Part shown: positions 53,713-64,000 of the stretch, piece after piece | How positions within the stretch are numbered: position 1 is the first letter of the stretch | How the letters are laid out: the number at the start of each line of letters is the position of its first letter | Assembly: GCA_000165425.1 (NCBI GenBank) | Contig: CT868208.1 | Span: forward strand, 62,001 to 126,000 | DNA length: 64,000 nt | Direction of reading: 5' to 3' | Source: Paramecium tetraurelia | Taxonomy: Eukaryota | The notes under the pieces: generated by a model | The model's database searches: none | What the model was told of the DNA's origin: nothing | The model's input: only the letters and a program-made list of their open reading frames with translations | Position numbers and translations under genes: made by a program

Positions 53713-54457
53713 TGTTTTTTATTCCGTTAATCGAACAATTAAAATTTTATTAATTAATAAATATACTCAAACACAAAAGTATATTCTCACTCCTCAAAAT
53801 TACATAATTTTTAAGACTCAATAGGTCTATAAATCATTGATTACTCTATTAACCTATTTTGAGGAATAAACAAGAAATATTTATGATTTTAATAAGGAAA
53901 TTATTAAAAGATGAGTAGAACAATCATTATCATGCTTTTAAATATTTCCAGCATCTTAAAGATATGCATAAGAAAACCTCCTAATAATTTGAAATTAAGT
54001 TAATCTTGCGATTGAAATGAGAATTAGTATTAGATGGATTTAATTAATAAATTAAAATATTTTTAATCACAGATTAAATATACATCTTGGCATACATTTT
54101 CTTGTGTCGCGTTTTGCACACTTGATCATACCTAATGTGAAGATTGTTGATACGATTTGTGGTAAATCCATTCTCTCCCAAAACCTTAAGGCTGTATTCA
54201 CAAACTTTGATTAACTTCATGGTTGAGGGCGCTTCGACACCTTAAATTGAATATATTTGAGTCTACGGGAGAGTATACACTCTAGTATAACTATTATAAG
54301 CACCCTGTATCTCCACACTGTTTAATTTCAAAGAAATTATTATAAAGAGTGTCGGTTTGTCTATGGTGCAAAAAAGATAGAAGATCATAACAGGGATTGC
54401 TAATATTAAATATATTATCGATCAGTAAGGTCTTCGACATATTTGTTATATAAAATA

Positions 54458-55300
54458 TCAAACATCAACCCATGGAATTCTCTTGAGATCCTTTGGCCCG
54501 TAAACCTTATTGCAAAATCTAAATTCTGTATCATCCATATATCCTGGACACTTAAAGTTTTTCTAAACTGGATTTAATTTGGGTCTTCCTCCTGAGCAGT
54601 TTGGACATTTCTCTAAGCACCCCTTAATCATACAATCAGCTATTCTTTCGATGAGTTCTCCTTTGTTCCCTGTTTATTTTTGATCATTCGCTTTTAACAT
54701 CTATTTCAATTAACCTGCTGATTTTTTATCCAATTCCTATTAGATCTTTCTAAACTCTTCTTTCTATACTTTATCATAAAGAACAAAGACATCAGGTTCC
54801 TCATCATCACTTTCACTCTCAGAGGATTCTGATTTCTTGGAAGCTTCTACTTTTTTTGACTTAAGGGCTTTGCTCTGTTTATTATCCTTTTAATTTTTGT
54901 CTTTTTTGTAGTCATAATCACTATCACTATCATCTTCCACATCACTTTTTTTGGGTTTAGTTGATTTTGACTTGGCATTTACTTTTTTTTATTAGGGTTT
55001 CTTTTTGATTTCTTTTTTTTATAGTTTCTCAAGAATTGCTTTTACTTTTTCTTAATCCTCCTTTGTTAAATTTTCAACATGGAAAATGTCTTTGTATGTT
55101 GCATTCTTGAAGGCTGATTTTAATGAAAAACAATCTGCATGATAATGGTGTTCTTGATGATAATGATCTTCATCTATAACGTTGCTTAATCTCAGTTCAT
55201 CTTTGCCTATTTTTGCTTAGCATCCTTTGCAAGTCGCTCGTCCAGATGGTGCATATGCTGCTGTCATAAACATATCTCCTAAAGGGCATGCTATTTTCAT
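54458..55300 (-). CDS. PARP-type zinc finger + acidic/basic linker + PADR1 (Zn3) domain protein, no catalytic domain
   Basis: YAPSGRATCKGC...ELRL...HYHADCF; LKQMLKANDQ...GNKGELIERIADCMIKGCLEKCPNC...FKCPGYMDD...FC; about 280 aa. Confidence 0.9.
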
Positions 55301-55480
55301 TATCAGTTAGATTAAATAAATATATTTATTATAAAGAAACCAATTATTTTGATCAATTACTCTGTTTGAACACAAAAACTGATTATGTTTTTTTAATTTT
55401 CAAGTAGAATAGGTGTATATATAATGATTGCAACATAAATATGTAACAAAGTTTGATACAATATTTTTTCAATTAAAAAG

Positions 55481-55553
55481 ACAATCGGAACAGATTCGAA
55501 GTGGGAACTTACAGCTTGTTAGAGTGGTGTGATAACCACTAGACTAATATACG
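55481..55553 (-). pseudogene. Degenerate tRNA-Val(AAC)-like sequence
   Basis: TAGTCTAGTGGTTATCAC (box A/D-arm), CTAACAA loop, CTTCGAATC (box B-like), T5 tract after it; acceptor, anticodon and T stems do not pair. Confidence 0.75.
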
Positions 55554-55603
55554 CTTTCTATTATTTAAATGAATATAAAAGCGTTCATAAAATTTATAAT
55601 TAA

Positions 55604-56223
<620 letters not shown>

Positions 56224-56354
56224 AAATATGTATATTAATTATAAACATACCTTTAAGTGTCTTTGCCATTTCCATTAGGACTTACAAGTCTTCGTCTACC
56301 TAAAATTATAATATCTATTTTCATTTATAATATCTGTATATATAATAATATATT

Positions 56355-57139
56355 TCAATAAAGCTATTACTACTACTATTATGAAGATTGAATATCTTTC
56401 AATTTTTAATCATAATGCCTTTAAGCATTATTATAAATTTATTGATATTATTATTTCTCTTCTTTTGATCTCTCCTAATCGTGTATAATCAGTTTAATAA
56501 TTTCACTTGCTCCTTATGTATCTCCTGATTTTGCTTTCTCTTAGCCTTGCTTCAACAATGCAAGAATTTACTACTATTAACAGTATTCAATACTTGCTAG
56601 CCTGGAAAAATATGTTCCATATTTGTTAAGATCATCACTAATATTTGCTATGTTAATTCTGCCTACATTTATTATTGATTGATCTATTTCATCTGCTATT
56701 GCATCATTCTAATCAGAAATAATCAAATAAAAGCATTACAAATATTAATTTTGCAAATAGGGCATCGTATTTAACTCGTTTTCACCGTGTGCAAATGTGC
56801 AAGTAGGACCATTTTTACATTGCCCAGTTTAAGGATTAAAGTGCTTACACAATTATGCTACATTTATTAATCCCTGATCTTACTTTTGTAATTTACAATC
56901 ATAGGATTGATTCCCTACACTTTATTATAAGCATTTGGTTAGATAGTCTACTCTGGGAAACTTTGGGGTTGCTAAGCATTTTATCGAAGTTCTTATGGTC
57001 CATGAGCAAATTAACATCTTATTGCTAAAGCGCAAACTCCATTCTGTGCTATTCAGATAAATATCAAATCAATACTAAAATGTCTACAAAGTTAGGTTTT
57101 GTACTTAGAGTTTGGATATTAAGTGCCTTAAGAGTACAT
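56355..57139 (-). CDS. Tandem CCCH zinc-finger RNA-binding protein
   Basis: KYKTQLCRHF...CALAIRCQFAHG and CKHFNPQTGQCKNGPTCTFAHGE. Confidence 0.92.
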
Positions 57140-57502
57140 ATTTAAATAATATCTCAATTTAAAGAAATTAATTTGTTTATTCTCACAATCAGAATTTCCT
57201 TGATAATAGCAGCTTCACTCCTTTTAAAGGTATTCTATTATACGAATATAAACTGAACTCAATAATGAAGTTGAATTATTAAGCCCAAACACCTTGAGTA
57301 ATCCATTAAAATTCACATTAAATTGCTTTAAATTGTCAAAAGATAATAAATAATTTTCAATTTAAATCTAAAACCTTTGGGAGATCCCTCAATTTAGGGT
57401 AATACTAAAGATTTGTAAGTAAAAGATTAATATAAACTAAAGTCTAACTTCTAATTATCTATTTAACAACTGAAATAATAAAATAAACTATCAATAGTGT
57501 CA

Positions 57503-57739
57503 TCAAACTAATTAACATGGACAAGAATCGTCATCTTTATCAACATGATCAAGATTGTACAATTTCCAATTCTCAACCACGTAAATTGTTTTAATATGTT
57601 CTTTGAATGCAATTTTATGATTTTTTTATCCTCTCAAGATTTGCTAACCGTAAGTATCTATGCGTATTTATCTTAAGGGATTCTATGATTTTAGTTCTAC
57701 TTGAGGAGTAGCATGCACCTTCTTGGACTTTTGGTTCAT
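57503..57739 (-). CDS. Small 78-aa protein with C-terminal CaaX box
   Basis: RIDTYGQQILRGQKNHKIAF...VVENWKLYN...SCPCQLV*; intronless. Confidence 0.75.
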
Positions 57740-58150
57740 ATATATAATATATTTTATTTTTTAATATCAGTCAAATATTGCATTTACTTCCTCCCCCTAT
57801 TTAAGTAAATATTCTTCACTATTATCTAAATACCAATACTAATGTTCACTATTTGAATCAACTTCTACTTAAACTTTGTTTAAAATCGAAAATAAAACCA
57901 AAAACCTAGGAATCCAATTAACAAATATCATTTTAACGTAATGTACTGTTTTACATTTTAGTGTTTTTAATCTATTTTAATTTGAAATAGGGATGTTTAT
58001 AGATTAATTTAAATCAAGAAATCTCAAATAGTGAATGACAATATTTATGATTGTTCATGTACATGCACTAAGTACTTAGAACAAAGGATGATATATGAAT
58101 GAGATCAAGAATTACAATAATAAATATATTTTATATTATACTTTATTATA

Positions 58151-58686
58151 TCAGAATCTCAATTTTGAGAAAAGGAATCTTGATTAAGCCTTCTTATCAG
58201 CCAAACTACCTGCTGGTAATGTTCTGTATTTCTCAGCTAAGTATTTTCTAAGATTCTTTCTCAATTCTTTTCTTTTTTCAACATTCTTTAATTCAGCTTC
58301 CTTAACTCTCTCAATTCTGTCTCTGACTTCCTTCAATGTTGATTCCTCTAATCTATATCTAAAATAAAATTGTATATAATCATTACCTTGTTGGCATAAT
58401 GTGATTAAGATTTAATTATTTAATGAACACCTTCAATGTAGTTCGCTTTCTGATTTGCTTTTAACCCATTCTCTTGGTTACCTTTCTGGGATATCTCTAG
58501 ATACCAACCACTAAACCATTAGGGAATTTTGCATCCTAAAATAACTCCATATTTGATTTACTTTAGTTGATTCTTCATTTGCTTTAATCAAAATAGCCTT
58601 CTTTCCAGCTTATCTACCGGCAAGCAAAACTACTAAACGTCCTGGTTTCAAGCTAGCCATATTACAATTGCTTACAATTTGCCCAT
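58151..58686 (-). CDS. RPL27: 60S ribosomal protein L27 (eL27)
   Basis: MGKFLKPGRLVVLLAGRQAGKKA...VVGIQRYPRKVTKRM...FLFSKLRF*. Confidence 0.97.
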
Positions 58687-58771
58687 TTCAAAATACTAAA
58701 TAAATCTTTTAATAATTTATTCCAAATTATTGGACTCATATAATTAACTAATTCATTAATATATTAAAGGA

Positions 58772-59771
58772 ATGAGGGAAATTATGTTTCTCAATCTAGG
58801 ATGGAATGCAGGCATCATTGGCGATCAACTCTAGGAGTAGTTAGCTATCGAAAATCAAATACAAGATTTGAATCTTGTAAATAAAGAATCAGATTTCTTA
58901 GTCAAATCGTTTTATTATGAAACTTAAAATGGACAATTTGTTCCTAAAACTATATTTGTTGATTCTGATCCATAATTTCAAAAGAAGAAAATATATGCAA
59001 AACAAAATGTATATAAACTTATCGATTCACTAGTTTTCTTCATTTAGATAAATGGTTGAGAAATGTGAAAATTTATATGGAGTTGTAGTTATCAATACAA
59101 CAAACTAAAATTACGATAATTATATCAAAGAATAATAATAATTAATACCCACAGTCCCATTTTACTTTGTGAATTTGATTGAAGACTAAATATCATATTC
59201 TTAGTAAATAAGTACGTTAAAATGTTATGAAATGCTTAAAGAATATGCAGAGGTATGTTTGTAGATCAATGGAAGTGTAATTTTAGAAAATAAACAATAT
59301 ACTACTTATCCTCCAAGAAATATTTCTTAATTCTTAAGTTATTGTTTGGCTTCAATAAATTAAGCTTATAAAAAAGTATTCGATATCACTACGTTTTCTT
59401 AAAGCCTATTTCTAGATTACGATTAAAAGTTTTTGTCATGTGGTTTTGATAATACCTACGTAAATTCATTTACTAATAACTTTGGAGGCATTAATTATCA
59501 AGAAGGGAAATTCAATAAAACAGGATTGATTATCAGAGGAGAACCAAATTTAGAGTAAGTTAAATTGGTGCAAGACATAACACAAATTCCTGTTTAAATG
59601 GGTATTCTGGAGAAAGGCTATCCAGGAATTGCTCAGATCAGTAATCATAGTAATAATGTGAATGTATTGGCCAATGCAATCAAAAAATTTGAATAGATTC
59701 CAAAATAATTTTTTAATATTGATTATGAGGTTAGTGAAAGTCTCAAATAGATTGTTGCAGCATATTAATGA
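58772..59771 (+). CDS. Highly divergent tubulin-like protein (324 aa)
   Basis: MREIMFLNLGWNAGIIG, FYYETQNGQFVPKTIFVDSDP, RQMVEKCENLYGV; 25-nt intron 59009-59033. Confidence 0.8.
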
Positions 59772-59848
59772 TTTATAGAATTGATATTTTATTTTATTAA
59801 CTAATATTTATTTGTTAAATTTTGATATAAATAATATTCGTTAAATTA

Positions 59849-60838
59849 ATGCAAAAGTATATTTTGTGCGATAAAAGTAACCAATCCTAATTATCACTCA
59901 ATTTATCAAAGAGCCAATAAAAATTAGTCTGCAAATCAATTCACGATTAAATTAAAGAAAGAACTTAATCTAAAGAAACAACTCACAGAAGTACACAAAA
60001 CAACTAATTATCTTAAAGAGTAAAATAATCAGGATCTTTGAGTTCAGTTATTGCTAATTTCTTTGGTCCATCTGAACAGAAGAAGAGATGCAATGAAGTA
60101 AGTGAAAATATCGAAAAGTCTAAAATTTTGGTTATCAAAGAACTCAAAAACTAATTAGATCAAAAAGATGAATAAATCAAGATATTAACATAACAATTGC
60201 AATCTAGTAAATTCGGATAGACTTACTGTGGAAAGTGCAATAATTTAAAAGAAAAATTTCACAAACTATAATCATCCATTATTTAACAATAAAATTTGTT
60301 TTTGTAAGAGTTTAAAACAAATATGGAAAATGATGAGAACTTTGAAAATGAAGATGTTATATAAAAGGAGAATTTAAATAATCTAGAATCTAATACCTTT
60401 TAATTTAAGTAATCTATGAATACTTTGAAATCCTTCATGGAGAAACTTAGCCATCAATATATTGAGGTTGATGACCGTTCTAATACGTTGATAAATGCTA
60501 TGAAGATAGAGAAATAGGAATTGCAATAGAGAGTAGTTTAATTGGAATAAAAGGTTAGAGAATTGCAAAGTAATGAGTAAACAATGCAAAAGAAATTGGA
60601 GCAGTTGTAAAACCCTTATTAAAAATACAAGAATCAATTGTAATAGAGTGCGTCATTAACAAAACTCAAGTATTTAATTAATGCTATTTTGAAGTCCAGA
60701 GATTGAGTGTCAAGTGAATGTTGATAAGATCCTGCATGTGGGATAACCGTACTTGAGAACAAGATACATTAGTTAAAAGGAGAATAAAAATAGTTAGATG
60801 AGTTTGTTTTGAGAGGAGATGGGAATTTAATATATTGA
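59849..60838 (+). CDS. Coiled-coil hypothetical protein
   Basis: MQKYILCDKSNQS...; heptad E/Q/K repeats; TGA at 60836-60838. Confidence 0.75.
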
Positions 60839-60879
60839 TTTATAATATTTATTATTGTACGATAATATCTTGGTAATGA

Positions 60880-61498
60880 TCAAAAGACTAACTCATGAGG
60901 TCTTGTGGTTTTTCCAATGGTGAAACGAGCACCAAGATATTATTTCAATAATTATGTTTTCTTAATTGCAGTGATCAATGCAGCATCAACTGATTTTTGT
61001 GTATTTCTCTTTCCATCCAATCTTGTTTTTTCTGCTGTTTATTATTCAGTTGTTAACTAATTAATATATGGATATTTGATTACTTCTCCTCTCTTAGCCC
61101 AGAATCCTTATTCATTCTTGCGTCTTTAGGCTTGAGTTCTCTTGAAATAATCATCATCAATTTAGTTGGCATTAACTCCAGTCACATCGACTTTAGTGGA
61201 TGTTGGGATAACATAAGCAGAATTGACTCTCTTGAGAGGGACACCATTAACTTTGAAAGGACCTGTAACAAGCAACAATCCAGATTTGAGCTACTTCAAG
61301 AAGACAACTCTTTTTCCTTAGAATCTTCCAGACAACAAGATTAACACTTATCCAGGAACAATCTTTCTCAATTGAGCTGGTCTTGGAGCCTTTTTTGATT
61401 TTATTTCACAATACTTTTCTCTTTCTGACGAAATGGACTTTCTCATCATCACTCTTGTACCAATTACCAATTCTCACAGTTCTCTTTTTGGCAGGCAT
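60880..61498 (-). CDS. RPL6: 60S ribosomal protein L6 (eL6)
   Basis: [52 protein letters not shown]. Confidence 0.97.
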
Positions 61499-61559
61499 TG
61501 ATTGTATTTTAATTAATTTTAAATCTAATTTTAAATTTAATTATCCTAAATCACTCATC

Positions 61560-62495
61560 TCACGCTCTATATCTTTTCCCATTTTTGGTCATGTAACTCA
61601 GGGTTCCTTCATCCTCCAAGCAGTACTACTCTTTCCACACAATTTCCGATATTGGATCCTTCTCCTACACCAAGAGTAAATAGTTCCTATGATATTCAAT
61701 TTTGTCAGCATACACCTTATTATACACCCCCGTAATATGTTAAAATGGTAGACAATTCTAAGTTTTATCAATCTTGAATATGCTGTGTTCATAATCCCCT
61801 AGAAATGCAAAAGTGGGATAGGTTTAGTACAATTTATTCAAATCACACAAATACAATTCCTTCTCTTGTTTGTTATACAAAAATAATTTATGTTAAGGAA
61901 GCATGCAGATTGAATCTATTGTTAAGTAATTCTGGCTTAATTGTTTGAAAATAGTTTTAGTTTGATAAAAAATTGAATTGTAATCTAATGCCAATCTCAG
62001 GAAATTTGGAGTCATGCAATTTACATTCGCTTGCTTTGAAAACAGTTTGCTGACTACAAACAAGCTGAAGTTATCGGCCATGGTTCTTCCCTATATAATA
62101 AAATAATGCTCGTATTTGTCATAATAGAAATTATCATACCTGTACAAGGGTTCATTAATTTTTTACTTAAAAACCAGTCTGTTTTTTTAAAATACAACTA
62201 TTCTATCAGTGCAAACAAAAAGTAGTAAATGAACATTGTGCAATTTGATGAATCTGAAATGATATACAATTATTTTTGAGTATCTGGTGAACAATTTTTG
62301 TCTTAACACATAATTTAAATGTCCATTTTCTGTATTATATACATAAATTTGCTCCTTGTTCATTAAAGCTAATTAATTGTCCATATTGCAAAATTAGGTT
62401 ATTTGTTTATTTTCAACCTCCTTCTCTATACGTTTCTCTGCTCTTTTCTTACTAAATTGGCATTTTCGTTTAATCCTTTCAAATATCTAACTCAT
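61560..62495 (-). CDS. Hypothetical protein (311 aa, intronless, beta-rich)
   Basis: MSQIFERIKRKCQF...KNGKRYRA*; 312 codons with no internal TGA. Confidence 0.75.
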
Positions 62496-62865
62496 AATTT
62501 TAGTTATTATTTCCTAAATTAATCACTTATATTAATTAAACATAGTTAAACCCAAACTAAGTTAAAATTGAAGTCAAATTGTAAGTATATTTATTCTCAT
62601 CTATTTCTTAATAAATATATTTTATTAATTTTTTATCAAAATACTCCTAATCCTTAATTGTAAATCAATATAAATTTATTGGTTATCGTTAATATATTCA
62701 GAATGCAAAAGAACATCATTTAGAATTGTTTCTTTAAAGTGCAATGGTAAACTTATTTTAAGGTAATTGATAATAAACATTTATAATAATAAGTGAAAAA
62801 TTAATATTTACGGTTATTTTATTTACAAATTAATGCTTAAAAATTATAATTGTTATAGATTATCA

Positions 62866-64000
62866 TCAAAGTGGAGTTTCTGGCTTTGATTTAGAGTCTA
62901 AATTCGCTTTTATTTTCTTGTTAAGATCCTGACCCTGAATCGCCATGTTAAACAGCATCTAATTCTTGATGTTCTTCTTTTTCATGAAGCTATTTGGCTC
63001 CATGATGTTGTCCCTTATTAATTGAGTGTTTAATAATTATAAGATCAAGAATGAGGGTAATAGTAAATATAACTAAGTTAGCGAGATTGTAAGACCAAGC
63101 AGATTTAGTTAAATCACTTTCCAAATTCGTAAATAAGTAGTCACTAACAGGATCAGATACACACCCATCATCATTAATTTATTTAATGATCTTTCTTTTG
63201 CCATCTATGATAGCAAAGGAGACTATTATTACAATTATTTCAGCTACTTATAATAGTATTTTGAATCCTATTTCTGTTAAGAAAATATAATTATATTAAG
63301 ATTAAGGACGAGCTAAAGATGATAGCAAATAATTTATTACTTGCCATACAAGACCATGCGAAATTACAAGCAGTCATTGTACCAATAACATTAAACAAGA
63401 GACCAATGACTAAGAAATAGGTGATAGTAACACCCAATTGGACTCTTAAGGCTGTGTAAACATAGTGCAAAGTGTCCCCTTCTTATATAACTTGGTCAAA
63501 GAAATCGCCTCGACATTGAGGGGACCAAGGAATATAAGTTTTAGCGTTTAGAGTCCAATTAAATTTTGGATCTATGTTGAAATAAGGCAATTTTTCAGAC
63601 AGATAAATTACATTGTTGGAGAGATAGAATTATTCTTCATCAATCGAATGAATAATTTAGAAGTTTGGATCATTATTCTCACATAACTATCTTCTTGATA
63701 ACATTAAAGGATAATCAAACCTATTAGGTGAAATATTCTAGTCTAAATTTCTTCTACATATTTTATCACCTTCAGTCACTCTGAATTGTACTAGTGGTAA
63801 ACCTGACGTATTTTTAATAAAATAAAAGTAGAATCCCGCTCCCAATGAAACAATATCTCCAACTTTTGTATTGTTTATTTATGTTAAATTTTGATGATCT
63901 GCATTAGTAGTAAATCCTATTTCTGTTATGGGACAACTCATGTTTTCAGGAACACAAAAGATGTTGTCTCCATTCCCACAAGTGATCTAATTTTATGATT
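62866..64000 (-). CDS. Ciliate-type membrane protein with Cys-containing ectodomain, 5' end outside the window
   Basis: TCGNGDNIFCVPENMSCPITEI; C-terminal hydrophobic helices; GCVSDPV; TGA at 62866-62868. Confidence 0.8.

Noticed and set aside
27408..55300. Apparent cluster of chromatin genes (WSD protein, HDAC, Alba, H3 variant, PARP finger)
   Set aside because: Interspersed with unrelated housekeeping genes on mixed strands; no evidence of co-regulation

Overview
Gene-dense, very AT-rich eukaryotic DNA, almost certainly a Paramecium-type ciliate macronuclear chromosome. TAA and TAG read as Gln, TGA is the only stop, introns are about 20-31 nt (GT..AG), and many intergenic gaps are under 100 nt. 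The supplied ORF track uses the wrong genetic code and is mostly fragments or antisense noise. Hand translation with the ciliate code gives about 45 protein genes, one intact tRNA-Ala(AGC) and one decayed tRNA-Val(AAC). Recognisable genes include two CTD/NIF phosphatases, a small Tim, a RING-H2 E3, a PAS-like membrane protein, mitoferrin, a YeeE/YedE transporter, SLC35F, CK1, a TRF4-like nucleotidyltransferase, a PHD-WHIM/WSD protein, a trichocyst matrix protein, WDR74/NSA1, a class I HDAC, Alba, an H3 variant, V-ATPase c, PI4K, AK6, RPL27 and RPL6. The most unusual items are: (1) a divergent non-centromeric histone H3 with Met at position 9 and an apparent +1 frameshift near its C-terminus; (2) a PARP1-like zinc-finger protein with no catalytic domain; (3) a tubulin-like protein lacking the GTP signature; (4) a putative ISWI partner; (5) three kinases with degraded catalytic motifs. 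Gene ends were placed by eye and no database searches were run, so family calls rest on recognised motifs and novelty is unverified.
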